Origin: the human T2T-CHM13v2.0 reference genome, Homo sapiens
Assembly: GCF_009914755.1 (NCBI RefSeq)
Contig: NC_060925.1
Direction: 5' to 3' (one strand)
DNA length: 64,000 nucleotides
This document shows positions 24,611 through 38,026 of the stretch, one piece after another. The notes beneath the pieces are model-generated. The model had not been told where the DNA came from. It was given only the letters and a program-made list of their open reading frames with translations, and ran no database searches. Position numbers and translations under genes: made by a program. Position 1 is the first letter of the stretch. Each line of letters opens with the position of its first letter.

Positions 24611-26253
24611 CAAACCGATGCAAGATTATTGTTCATCTTGTCCTCCATGTGCATGTGACCGTCACAGAGCACCCACCCCAGGCCCACCCGCCTCGCCTGG
24701 AGCCTCTGGCTGTATCCCCGTGGGTCTCACCAGAAGGAGAAGGTGTGTAAGGAAAGTTAAACTCGGAGCAGTGGTCGGTGCGAGGCTGTGGCATCCCTCC
24801 CTCCTCTGGGGAACTCCTCCCAGCCCCAGCACAGGCTTGACCCAGGCCCCATGCTGCTTCTTACCCTCTGTGTCCTTCTCCAGGACAGTTGTGTGCTCTT
24901 GACCTGTCCCCAGAGTCCCCACAGCCCATTCGGGATCCAGGCAAGTCCGCCCTGGGTTCCTATAAACTGTGTGGTGCCCAGATGAGAATCCCCCATCAAA
25001 CTCTTCCCTAGTGGGGTGCCAGCCTTCTTCTTCTCATCCCTGGCCTCCCCACCCCCAGGCCTTTCGAGTCACACTTTCCTTTATGATAAAATAATGCAGT
25101 GACAGTGATCAGCAGCAATAGGAGCCAGTGCCCGCACTTCGTGGCCACTTATCTCCATTTCAACGGGACGATTCTGGACCGCAGTGATCACAGCCCCCCT
25201 TTCCCTCACTGAGACTTACCAGAAGGGACTCTGCACAGGGAAAGGCTCATTGGTGGGGCTGCCTGGGAGAACTCCCAAGACACACAGGTGGAGCCTTTCC
25301 CGAAGGTAGGCCCAGAGGTGCGCCCAGGTGACAATACTGGCATAGAGCAAGCGCCTAAGGCAGCTGGGAATCTGGTGAGGTCTCCCCCCCGAAAAGGCAC
25401 AAAACCAGGCTCATGGACAGACAGCCTGGCTTAGTCCTGAGGTGCCAGGCGCCAATGCACACACCAAGGGTTAGTAAACTAGAGCAGGTGGACTCACACC
25501 TTGGCAGTGTCAGAAAATGATGGGCAGGCATTAACCATCAGCAGGAGCCAGGTGTGATCCAGAGGACCCCTGCTCCACAGGGTGCTGACCCCGCCACCAA
25601 GCTGAGATCTTGTGGCCCAGGGACCTGCATCCCAGGGAGCTTCCTGTGGTCACCTCCGAGGCTTTTTCCTTTCTAGTTGAAAGGAAATCAAAGAATCTCA
25701 AGGCATTCCTGGGGAAACCAAAAGTTAAACCCCCCAAAGCAAGAAGCTCAGGAAATTTCCACTGTGCCCAACAGGCATTCCCCATTTGAAATTTTATTTG
25801 CAGATTTTATTAGAAACTAGTTTATGACACAAATTATTCAATGCCTAGGAAGCCTAAACTAATAAGAGTCTGTTTCCACAGCAAAATTCATGACATGTAG
25901 GTTTTTATTGCAGTACATTTAAAACCAAGCCTTATCCATTATGATATTGCAGAAACATGCTTTACCCTGGATTCCATTGATGATATTCTATTTAATGAAA
26001 TGTCTAAACTAACCACATTATACTATTATTGACTGTGTCTTCCCGGGGATAGGCCAAGTATGGAGCAATTATCTCGCGTCTTCATCCATCATCGGAAATC
26101 CTAACTGAAGCTTTTGAGCCGAATTCCAAAGCTTTATGGGTATGGAGTGGGCTTGGGATGCAGTAAACACAGAGATGATACTAGACAAAGATATTGGGAT
26201 TTTTGGGACCAGTGTGGAAAGTGAAGCTCCCTTTAAAAACACATGACCCGGCA

Positions 26254-26684
<431 letters not shown>

Positions 26685-26728
26685 TCATAGGGACTGTGAC
26701 AAGGTAACATATTTGTGTAGAGCTGCAA

Positions 26729-26743
26729 AGTGCCCCCTGCTGA
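26729..26743 (-). promoter_or_regulatory. CTCF core motif
   Basis: Reverse complement TCAGCAGGGGGCACT has one mismatch to CCASYAGRKGGCRSY. Confidence 0.55.
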
Positions 26744-27959
26744 AGCAAATTTTTTTCTAATTACTACCCTCCCTAACCCTATTTAAACATGTAATGAAGG
26801 TGATTACAGAAAACTCTTTAAGGTAAACCGAAATGAATGGATTTATTTAAACTCTTAATGAACTTGAAACTCTCCAAACCGGCGCACTCCGGGGCTGGAA
26901 TCACTCATTGTGGTGCTGGTGGGAGCTGAGAATGGGTTGCCGGGCCTGCCAGCCGAATGCTTAGCTGAGGGGGACAGCTCATTTATTATCCGGGTCTCTG
27001 GGAAGCAGTGACCAATTAGTCCATCTGCTCAACACTCCTCTTCCAAAAACAGACAAATTAAGCCTGGACCAGAGTTCCAAGCATCAGACCTGGCTGGAAT
27101 GTGGAACTGCCCCTAGAGAGAGTCTCTACCTGCAAAAGGAAGTCAAAAGAGGCACCTCAAAGTAGGGGCTTGGAGCGATGCACCAGGCTTGTAGACTGGG
27201 AGGAGGCCCAGAGGGCCCTTTAGTTACAAGGCCTTGCTCTTGCTGGTGGCTGACCTAGGGAGGCAGTGGACAGCTGTGAGCCAGGGCTGGAGTCCTGGAG
27301 CCCTCCTGGGCGCATGTGGAAATCAGCTTCATGAATATATAGCAGTCTGTGCTGGGAACACCTGTCCCTCGTGGCCTTGAGCATAAATTTCACCCCGCTT
27401 TTAGACATGAGAATGTTCAACGTTCTCCAGAGCACTGAAGTCTACAAACACTCTCTTTGCCCCTTCTGAGCTGTGCTGTTTTACCAGCTTCATTTCTTAG
27501 AGCGCTTGGGTACGGGACAATTTGTTTGCTCTTTCTTCTAGGTTTCCCTCTCACCAAGTTTGCCCCACCCATTCTGAGCTTGACAGGCACCACTGTCCCT
27601 GTGTTCCACATGAGCAGGCTTGTTCATTGAGGGACGCTCATTCAATTCACAGAGGGGGCTCTGCTCCACAGCTTTCCACTGTCCCTTAGTCTGCAGGGCA
27701 GGGCATGGGACAGGTGCTCATGAGGAGCACCTCCTGAAGGAGGCATAGAACGAAATTCACTGGATTAGGAATTGCACCATCCAGAGCCTCAGGGGTGCTA
27801 GCTTTGTCCCTGAGCAGTCTCTGATGTTTATCATGTCCAGAAGTAGACAGAACTGGGAATCATCTAATCAGGTGTCGGGAGGATTCATCACTTGGCACAG
27901 GTGTGAGTCCCCGAGGTGTTCCCGCTTTTCCGTCATCTCGGAGGGACCTGCCTATGCTG

Positions 27960-28720
27960 ACTGGTGGGTCATCAAGATTAATAAAGACAAAGGCTTTGGC
28001 GGATGCTCAGCTCAGGAAAAGCACCTGGAGCTGCTCTTTCCTGACTGATTAATTAGGGAAAGACGTGGTGGCTGTAATTGGCGGTTGAGTATTTTCTGAA
28101 TTTTAACATTCGCGGTATGCAAATCTATCAGTTTCTAACAATATCTAACAAGATTATTTGAAAGTGAGAGTCTCCCAAGAGATGCAGGCATGGTTCGGGG
28201 GAGATGTGGGGCTCTTCCGGGTTTGTATGCACTCATATAAATCAACGGAACGTTTGTTACCAATTGTTACTAACGTTCTTCAGCAAATTGAGAGATCGAC
28301 CAGTAAATACGCATTAAACATAATCCTATCTACCTGTTGCATTTAATTCCAGCAGCGAAGACCCATTACACTACTGAAGTTTGATGAATGTTTTCTCTCG
28401 CTGCTCATCTGACTTGGAAACGAGTGTGTTTGCTCAGGGCGGGGGTAGGGGGTGGGGGAGTCATGTGCGAGCCTTAGCTCCTTCAGTTTCCACGTGGAAA
28501 ACTCTAAATTGAAATCCGTACCTCCAGGGACCGTGAGACCAAAGAGAAAACTGTTGGGCCCCAAAGGGACCATTTCCTACCATAATGAGAATTTTAAATG
28601 GCGGGTTTGAAATTCCTTGAAAAGCCTTTCAGAAATGTGTGTGCAAATGATGGTTGCTGAATTACTGACAGAGATGCAATTAAATTCAAGGGAGAACGTC
28701 TCCTTATTCTAATTTCCAGC
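27960..28720. promoter_or_regulatory. Candidate conserved developmental enhancer
   Basis: Repeat-free, AT-rich but CpG-retaining. ATGCAAAT 28117-28124, ATAAATCA (PBX-HOX TGATTTAT) 28237-28244, GTAAATA (FOX) 28303-28309, and several TAAT cores. Confidence 0.45.
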
Positions 28721-29199
28721 CTGAAGACCCTTCTCCCTATCCCAGGAGGAGCCCAGGAACGCAAGCGAGAGCCTCTGCAAGTCACCCCAGCTGCCGCGTT
28801 TCCACCCAGGAGGAAGACGCACGTGGGGCGGCACGAGAGATAGACGGAGGTGAGGATGGAATCGGAGATGAAAGGCCCAAGGGGTGGGGCCTGGAGTGGG
28901 GCCCTCCCGACATTTCCTTCCCAATGTATTGACCTCTTCTTCTCTTAGACACAGACTAACTAAACCTGGGGGCAGTGTCCGACTGGAGCCAGGGCCCCCT
29001 CCCACACCACAGGAATCGGCAATTCCAGCGGCCTTGTTCTGAGCTGTGGGGTGTGGGGCTCCAGTGAATCCCAAGTGTATTATCTCCTTGCACCTTCAGC
29101 ACTCCCTGGGCAGTGCACACTCTTCCTACCCCATGTTACTGAGTCCTCATGAATCTGCAAGGCTTTAGAACCCAGTGGGCAGAGCAGGCAGACCAGGGA

Positions 29200-29395
29200 G
29201 GCAGCTGCTTCCACAAGTTCCTGGCTGTGAGACCTTTCTGATGAGCCTCCTCTCCTTTGCCTGTAAAATGGGGATACCCTGCTGGGATTATCCATGCCCT
29301 GGGGTTGCTGTGAGCGTTCAGTGAGGTAACCCATGCCTTGCAAGGGTGCTCTGTCTGGCCAAACCCATGGCGAGAGTCACTCCAAAATTGACAGC
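29200..29395 (+). mobile_element. MIR fragment
   Basis: cctgtaaaatggggata...ggggttgctgtgagcgttcagtgaggtaac. Confidence 0.7.
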
Positions 29396-29469
29396 AGGGG
29401 AGTTCCTGCAAGAGACAGCCCCAAACTGTTCTGAGATGGGGCTGGCTGGAATTCCAGAGGGAGAAGAAA

Positions 29470-29850
29470 CAATTGCTGGGGTCCTTGCTGTAAAGCATTT
29501 ACCGGGGGAATTTACATACAGCGGCTGAAGCCCCGTGACAGAAAGCAAGGAAAGGGATGTTTTGCCCACGTATGTCCATGATGAGGTCAGCGTCTGGCGT
29601 TTGAGGGTTTAGGGAACTTGGCTCAAGGTCGGACTGGTTTCTACATGTTTAGCAACGTGGTCTCTCACTGACTGCTGCAAGCAACAACCTGAACGACTTT
29701 ATCAGTGCCTGGGAATGTTCCAGAGTTCAGCTTGGGTTCAAGCCTGTAGGAGAAAGCCTGCAGCTGGCCGGGTCACAGAGCAGTCAAGGCAATCTGGGCT
29801 ACTCGGTCAGGACACAGAAAGAAAGCAGTGAGGACTTGGGAGGACCTACA
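29470..29850 (-). mobile_element. Probable ERVL-class LTR fragment (MER73/MER74-like)
   Basis: Reverse complement begins tgtaggtcctcccaag...ctttctttctgtgtcctgacc...ctgtgacccggccagctgcagg. Left edge uncertain. Confidence 0.5.
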
Positions 29851-30158
29851 GTGGGCTCAACAAAAGTGGGTCTTGTTATTCCGGAGGTTAAATCATCTGA
29901 CCAGCACAAGAAAGCAGTGAAGTTGGGATTCCTACCAGTGGTTTTGGCCCCAGAATCATCTCCACATGATACGTTTAGAAGGACAGGGGCCTCGTCAATG
30001 CCTGTGGGTGAAAAGATGCCCTTTCTCTTTTCTACTGAAAGTGCCCCTGTGAGACCAAGGCTACTACCATTCAACAGAGGCAGGAATGGAGGTGCACAAA
30101 CTGACTCCCTGGGTCAGTATTTCTGCTGCTTTTCTGGGTGCCAGTGGGGTTAGGTTTC

Positions 30159-30431
30159 ATGCAAAAAGCCCACAAACAGAGGTTACTCTTCAAAGCCACT
30201 GCCCCTTTTGAAGACAAAAAGCGGGGAATGTCACAGCACCACAGCTGAAGACCAAGAGGTCCTGGGAGAAGCAGGGAGTGGTTAATAACAGGAGGAGAGC
30301 CAGGACTTTGCATATAAGCTTACAATGCACCCCATCAAGACTTCCCCGGGAGCTTTTTCCTGTGCTGGGGAATAATACAAATGTGCCCATCAGTGCAAAG
30401 GGTGCAGTGAGGGCAGGAAGTTACAGTCACC
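30159..30431 (+). repeat. Long inverted repeat 1, left arm (273 bp)
   Basis: Reverse complement of 30956-31228; about 29 mismatches by hand count, no gaps. Confidence 0.97.
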
Positions 30432-30955
30432 ATCAGGGTCAGCCAAGGAACAGTACATAGCAAGCTGGGTGAGACACTCTGTGCCCCAGGCAGGGCCACT
30501 GGGGCGAGTTGGGCCTCAGATGTCCTGCTTCTGAATGAGGGCCTTGAACTCCGTGGTGCCTACATCCTCTCCAGTTCTAAAATAAGATGACATTTAACGA
30601 GGTCCCACTGTGTTGATGGGGCACCGCAGCGACCTCGTGTTAAACAGCACCATATTGTTGATGGCTTGACCAGATGCCGGGAGCACGTGATCTTGCTACT
30701 GAGTCTCCGTGGCCTCCACTTGGCGGCACCCAAACAAGAGACAGCAGTGTGCAAAGATACTGGGTGTGGGTTTCTCTAGTAGCAGAGAAACAGAGCCTTC
30801 TGTGCTTGCAGGGTGCTTGCCCTGCCCTAAACAGCATGAATCTGAACCCCACCCATCCGAACAGCCTGGGGAGGCAGGATGGAGAGACGTCAGAGGGCGG
30901 TCACCAGTATCTCACTGCACAGGGGCTGGAGGTTTGTGTCTCGTTAACCTAATGA

Positions 30956-31228
30956 GGTGACGGTAACTTCCTGCCCTCACTGCACCCTTTGCACTGATGG
31001 GCACGTTCATGTTATTCCCCAGCACAGGAAAAAGCTCCCGGGGAAATCCTGATGGGGTGTAGCGCAAGCTTATAAGCAAAGTCCTGGCTCTCCTCTTGTT
31101 ACTAACCACTCTGTGCTTCTCTCAGGCTGTCCTGGTCTTCGGCTGTAGCACTGTGACATCCCCCACTTTTTGTCTTCAAAAGGGGCAGTGGCTTTGAGGA
31201 GTAACCTCTGTTTGTGGGCTCTTTGCAT
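30956..31228 (-). repeat. Long inverted repeat 1, right arm (273 bp)
   Basis: See left arm. The ORF track shows twin peptides at 30278(+) and 30912-31109(-). Confidence 0.97.
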
Positions 31229-31569
31229 TCCTTCTTGGCTGCTGGGCTCTGGAGATCCTTCAGTGATACTTCAATGCCATTGATAGCAAATGCTTCAAAC
31301 TGGATCTTGCTGTCCCATCTCCACTGGGCAGAATGGGCTGACCCCACATGAAACATGTGGGGAGATTTTAGTACTAGTCCATCATAAAAACATTTCCTCT
31401 CAGAATTTATTTGGATAAAGTAAAGCAGATGAAAATCACCAACTGCCTCTTCCTTCTATTTACTAAATTAGTAAGCTGATGAATAAACCAAGGTATATTG
31501 AGTGCTTACCCTAGGCCTGAGACTGTGCTAAGTTAGTCTGTGATCTATTATTAATTTCCTCAACAAGTT

Positions 31570-32230
31570 TGTTCATTAGTTCAATAGGTGTTTCCTGGCC
31601 TTTAGCCATGTGCTGGTTATTATTCTAGGCTTTGGGGACAGAGCAGGGAATGAAACAGACAAAACGATGCAAAGCTCCCTCACGCCCAGAGGGAGGTAAC
31701 TTCTAAATGGGGAGAGAGGTGACAGCAAAGTACATGGGTACAATAATAAAATGCACTAGACAGTGGTCGTGAATGTAGAAAGAAACAAAGTGGTGGGACT
31801 CAGGAAAGGCCTCAAGGGGAACATGACCCTGGGCAGGGTGCGGAAGGCAAGGGGTGCCAAGCAGGCAGGGCCATCGGGGGAAGAACACCGCAGATCGAGG
31901 CTCCTTGGCAGAAAGGCTGGGGCAGGAATGGGAAAAAAGAGACCATAGGCATAGGTGGAGGCAGATAGGAGGGAGGTCAGAAGAGTGGGGTGGGGTCCTA
32001 TGGACCATTGTGAGTCCTTGAGTTTTTATTCTATACTGTTCAGGAATCAAATGTAGGGTTTGGAGCAGTGGAGGCACCCAATCTACTCTCCGTATTGGAA
32101 TTAAACTAGGAGGAGGCAGAGGTGGGAGCGGAGTGGGAAGCTGCGCGGGACCCATTTGGATGGTCTAGAGGGCCCATCTCGGGGTGGCAGGAAGGTGGGG
32201 AGGTGTGGCTGAACCTGAATAGATCCCCTT
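31570..32230 (-). mobile_element. L2 fragment
   Basis: ctaggctttggggacagagcagggaatgaaacagacaaaa...caggaaaggcctc...ccttgagtttttattctatactg. Confidence 0.75.
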
Positions 32231-33672
32231 TATCCTAGGATTGAAAGAAGTAGCCAGTGAGCCAGATAAGATGAGCCAGGACACACGATGCTGATGGGTC
32301 AAGGAAGGTCAGTCCTGGGAGCTGACCACAGATTGGACTGACCCAGAAGACAGTGCCAGCTCCCTGAGGAGGGGCAGCTGGGTGGATGCAGTGAATGCCA
32401 ATCCCTCTTTTTGGTACCAGCACCTGGGTTTTCCTTGGGGAGAATGCTACTCCCTTAATATACACATCTTGCCAAGCTGTCACTCAAGAGGCTCAGTTTC
32501 CCTTGGGTAAGGCAGGGATGGGGGGCTCAGCTAAGACCAACAGTCTCTCCCTCCTGAAATTCTCATCTTTGACTGGCATAAGACAAAACAAAACAAAACG
32601 ACAAAAAAAGCCACGAATTACCCCAGGAAGAGGCGCCGTGAAAATACTACATGCTCTTCCTCCTGTTCCCTGGGTTTGTTCTTCCTCCTTTTCCCATTTC
32701 CTGTTTATTCTAAGACTTCCACTTCAATTCCTCTATCCCCTGTGATTCCAATGACCTGTCTTTGCAGAAGAGCTTTAATCAGCTGGTCAGTTTCTAAGGC
32801 TTTCATCCAAGGAACCCTCATTGATGTGAAACAACAAAGTGAGACTTCCATCCTCGAATGTGCAGCCAGGAAGTGGCAGAAAGGAGCTTTGCATAAACTT
32901 CTTCTCATTTCAAATCCTATGCTCTTTCTCCCACGCCTCAGCCATTTGCCTTTAAAATCAATTGCATCCTGAAGTGAAGAGCTTTGCAAGAACAGTGCTA
33001 TCAGAAACAACCATACTCCACCAGAGCAATCACAGCACCTCCCAGAACCCCTGGGACTTTTGCTTGGACTCGGGCAAGTGAGTAGACAGCTCGGATGGGG
33101 CGAGCACCTGCTGGTTCATCCACCAAATATGAACATGGCCCAAGAGTGAGACCCCAAGACCCGAAATTGCACCAATGACTATAGCTATACAAGAAAATGC
33201 CACTGGACAAATTTTGCAGAGGTTTCTTTATTGTTGCTGTTCTCAGCAAACCTAAGAAGTCATTTCAGTTTGTCTCAGTTTTTGTAGAAGAACAAAAAGT
33301 TCAACATTAAACCATGTGTGTAAGTAGCGTGGAGTGTTTACTCTGCCTGATCTATAGTTTAGGACCAACAATTTCCTATAGTGGGTAAATTTACCCAATG
33401 ATGGTTTAAATGGTGTCTATAATCTAAGCTTAATATAGTCATCTAATACATTGACTATAGGCACAGCCAAGTTGCCTGCTTTTGATTCCTTACTCATTCA
33501 TGTGGATATGTACCCAAAGAAATCTCTGACTTACACTTTGCTGCTTCTTATTTCTACTTCCTAACAATACACTACAGACAGAACACCCCCCCCACACACA
33601 CTTACACACGTGTGCCATCACACATCAGCACCACACAAGCAGTCACATACCCTTCATGCATGGATAGATATG

Positions 33673-34036
33673 TGTATTAGTCTGTTCTCGTGCCACTAAT
33701 AAAGACATACCTGAGACTGGGTTATTTATAAAGGAAAGGGGTTTAATGGACTCACAGTTCCACATGTCTGGGGAGGCCTCACAATCCCAGCGGAAGGCAA
33801 AAGAGAAGCAAAGGCACATCTAACATGGCGGCAGGCAAGAGAGTGTGTGCATGGGAACTGCCCTTTATAAAACCATCAGATCTCTTGAGGCTTACTGCCT
33901 ATCATGAGAACAGCTGGGGAAAGACCTGCCCCCATGATTCAATTACTTCCCACCAGATCTTTCCCATGACACACAGGAATTATGGGAGCTACAATTCAAG
34001 ATGAGATTTGGGTGGGGACACAGTCAAACCATATCA
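33673..34036 (-). mobile_element. THE1 (C-like) solo LTR
   Basis: tgtattagtctgttctc...aaagacatacctgagactgg...gggtggggacacagtcaaaccatatca. TSD atatg/acatg. Confidence 0.95.
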
Positions 34037-35627
34037 ACATGCACATCATACACACATACAAGCACACAAGCACAGAAACCACCAGACAATACACCCACTG
34101 ATTTTTCCGATAATTCACTTACATTTTGGTGGGTTTTATCATCGAAAATGTCCTGACTATTCCCTTCACTTGACAAAGTTCAAGTTCACTCTTTAAATCA
34201 CCAACTTTGAAAGAAAGGAAGCAAGACAAAACTTTCCACTTGGCTTTGTTCCTCTCCTAATTTCTTTATGCATATTAAATTTTTATTGTTGACATTCTTG
34301 TTTAGGGGGAAAATCATTGGTTTGGCTTTTTTTTTAGCTATCAGATGTTTTATAGACGTTCTAATGGCTCATTTGGTGTGAAATTAATTATCAAAGATTC
34401 GCAGAGAGTTTTAAATTACATTTTCTCTGCTCTTCAAGGCAAACAACTGGTACTGTTTTTGTCACTAATATAAGGTTCTCATTGCTGCCTTTTTTCTGTA
34501 CAATGAAATGATAAAAACAAATCTTCAACTTATTTTAATGTGCTAATTGGGGGTTATTACAGCTCATTTTATTTACACTGAGATAAAAAAGCACTAATTC
34601 ATTTTCCTTGCACAAACTACTTAGAAAAGATTGTAATTGCCTCCTATACAAACATGTATTTGTAAAGAGAAATGACATAAAGCTAAAAGCCTAGAAAGAA
34701 AATTGTTTGGGCAATGGGCTAAGCCAAACCCTTGGTTTTCTAGATAGAGACCTGTTGCCTGAACACATTTCCCTTTCAGGTTGCTGAATCATACGAATGG
34801 TGCTACGTACTCTGCAAGAAATAAATGCTGGTAGGACGCAGAAAAGTTCAGAAAGAGAAACTAATACAAGATTATTTCAGAGCATTTACCTTGCCCTACA
34901 CAGATTTTTAGAATTATTCTGTATTAGGTAAATACACAACAGTTAGATATAAAAAGTAGTTGCTTTCCAGTGTTACTGGGCCTCATATCTTTGGCCACAA
35001 AAAGATGCAGACATCCAGTGTTTTACACTGCTGTGGTGGGTGTTCTCTGGCCAGCATTCCTGTTCATTTTACACATTGACTCTTGTCAATTTCCCTTCTG
35101 GTGCTTCAAGTTTCAAAATATTCTTAGGGTTTTAAACGTGTCATAGCTAATTACTGTGTAGGATGACAGGTATAAAGACATATCATTAGAAAATAATCAG
35201 ATAATGCTTATGTTTAATAGTTCAAATTAAGCAAATACTTCCATGAAACAATTACAAATGGCTTCGTTGTGGAATTACATTTTCTAATTTTTAGGCTTAT
35301 CTTTATCTCTCCTTTAGGATCTTCACAGAGTTAGAATCTTTTTGGAGGCTGAGAGAGTACCAGTAGCTTTGCTGTGTTTTGCTTGCCTGTATATGGGGAG
35401 AAAATAGCAGTAACAAAGGAACTCACTCACCATCCAGGTTCCCTTGAGACGACAGTGTTGAATGGGAGATGGATACACTTGGAGTGAGAACTGTCTGTTG
35501 TTGCTACCACCTGCCAGCCACTGTGCAAGGAATAATATCCCATTTCCTCATGCACTTGGTTTTATGGCTTTTTAAAACCCATTGTTGGCTCCTGCCTCCC
35601 CATGTTGAAATTATTGGTCATGGATGC

Positions 35628-35945
35628 TGTCAAGGAAAACTTGCAATGGATGGAGGTAAACAGGCAAGGAAGATTTTTTTCAATGCTACTGTAATAGGGG
35701 TCAAGACCATTACAGTAGAGGAGAGAGACTGAACTCTACTTGGATACAACAGGGCCTGCTAGGAAGGGATTTATAGCCAATGCACAGGGTGAGGGAGTCA
35801 CTGGATGGAAAATCACTAAGAGGAGCTCGAAGGATAGGAAGTGGGGGACTCTTGCTAAATTGGCTTAGCAGGATTCTTGCTAGAGATGGGCTCAGCAGGT
35901 CAAGGATTAAGCCTACCAAAGAGGAACCTGACAAAAGCTTGGTCA
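35628..35945 (-). mobile_element. MER31/MER67-like ERV1 LTR
   Basis: taaacaggcaaggaagatttttt...aataggggtcaagacc...gagagagactgaactc...ggatggaaaatcactaagagg...gattcttgctaga. Confidence 0.7.
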
Positions 35946-37731
35946 ATGAGTGATTCTGGCCAGTGTGCAGAGTAACTTATAAGCTTGTGGGGGAAAAGAG
36001 AAGGTCATTGGGCCATGCTTTAGAGCTATTCTCAACTTGGCTCAATGAACCGGAATAGCCTCCTCTGAGGGGCACACGCTGCAGTCACTGGGCCATAAGT
36101 TGATTTTCTCCGGGTGTTGTTCTTTGCCAGAGTACACAATATTCTAGCAACAAAACAGGCTCCCTCAGGTCCTCTTCTGTCCTTTCTCCTGAGAAGCATG
36201 GAGTCTCATGAGAATGAGATCCCAAGACCCCACTGTTTCACTCAGCTCCACAAGGAGAGGGACTCTGCGTCACCACCCAGGACATTCCTTCTCCCCCAGC
36301 CCACTGCAGCTGCCTTACTGAGGAGGAAAGGCACCAGAGGGTGTCCATCACCATCTTGGGCTGGTCACACAGGTGCTGACAGGGCTGGGATCCAGACATG
36401 ACTCAGTTTCCCACTTCCCTAGTGGATGGTCTGTGCCCACTGGCAGTTCCCCATTCATTCTTGATTCTCAGCCTCTCCCATTCCCTCAACTCCCAAATAT
36501 ACATGCAGCATAATTATGGACATTTCAAATGACTTTAGAAATTGGACTGCAAAGTCTGTCTCTCTGCCTTGCGTTTTCTGGAGGCCCTGGGATGCCCTCG
36601 CCCAAGCTGCATCTGTGAGTTCTGTCTCATTTCACCGAGCCTCCTGACAAGGCCTTGCCATGTGTGCGTCCCCAGGGGCTGGGGAGGGGAGAACGGGGCA
36701 GCCCGGAGGAGGAGAGTGCGTACGGGCAAGGAGAAGGACTGGCCATGAAGGTAGCGAATTAGCCCAAAGATGGATGAACGGGCGGGGAGGACGGACTGTG
36801 GGGTCCAGTGAGGTCACTGTGTGGGGCCGAGGCAGACGCAAGGCTGGCACCGCCCTCCTGATGTAGAGCTCCCACTTGCCCCCACCACGGACCCACCCGG
36901 ATGGCTCCAAAGCTGGCATCTCATCTGTGGCACCAGATGCTATTCTTCATCCTGTTTTTAGTGCTCTGCAGGAACACACGATTGGAGGAACTTAGAAAAT
37001 GATTTTATAGATGTGGAGCCCCAGTCCGGGGGGAGCTGAGTCTGCTGTGTCCTTCCAGCCAATGGGTCACAGCCGGTTGCATCCCTCACCATCCTACCTG
37101 CCCACCTCGATTTCCTATGATTCCCTTGTAGATCCCAACCTCCAGAACTGAGGTTCTTTTCCTGCCCAGGCAATACCAGGTTTATAGCACAGACACCCAA
37201 GGAACTGGGCCTGCCCTGAAATACCTCTTTCTCCAAGTAGCCACCCTCTGCCCACACACTGGTCTGGCTGAGATCCATAAAGCTCACTTTGGTTCCTTCT
37301 GGTCTCACAAATCCCTTCCATGGTCTTCCTGTGGCTCTCAGAGTCTCCCCCACCCCACCATCCACCCCCACATCCTCTGTTCTCCAACTGATTGAAAGCT
37401 GTTTGATGGCAGAGGCAACTCTGACATTGCTTTGTGCCACTTTTCCTGCTGAATACTTAATAGACATTAAAAAAATATGTTGCCTGAATCCCATATGCTT
37501 GAAAAAAACAATACCTCAATGTGTTAAAAATCCCCGTGTTTCCTGAATGTTATCTTAGGATACTGTGCTGAAGAAGAAGGCTGAATGGATATCCATGATG
37601 CAGCTGTTACATAGAACCTGGACAGGGGCTTGGTCACAAACCCGACGGGAGGCTATGTCAGTTGTCTCTGAGTCAGCTGCAAGTTAGGGAGACCATTTAT
37701 TAACAGACAGTCCTAGTCTCCCTCTCCTAAC

Positions 37732-38026
<295 letters not shown>

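Noticed and set aside
30278-31109. Twin ~60-aa peptides on opposite strands
   Set aside because: A direct consequence of the inverted repeat. GTG starts, and many differences are non-synonymous, so there is no sign of coding constraint.
33382-33397. Perfect 16-bp palindrome tgggtaaatttaccca
   Set aside because: About one such palindrome is expected by chance in 64 kb (4^-8 per position).
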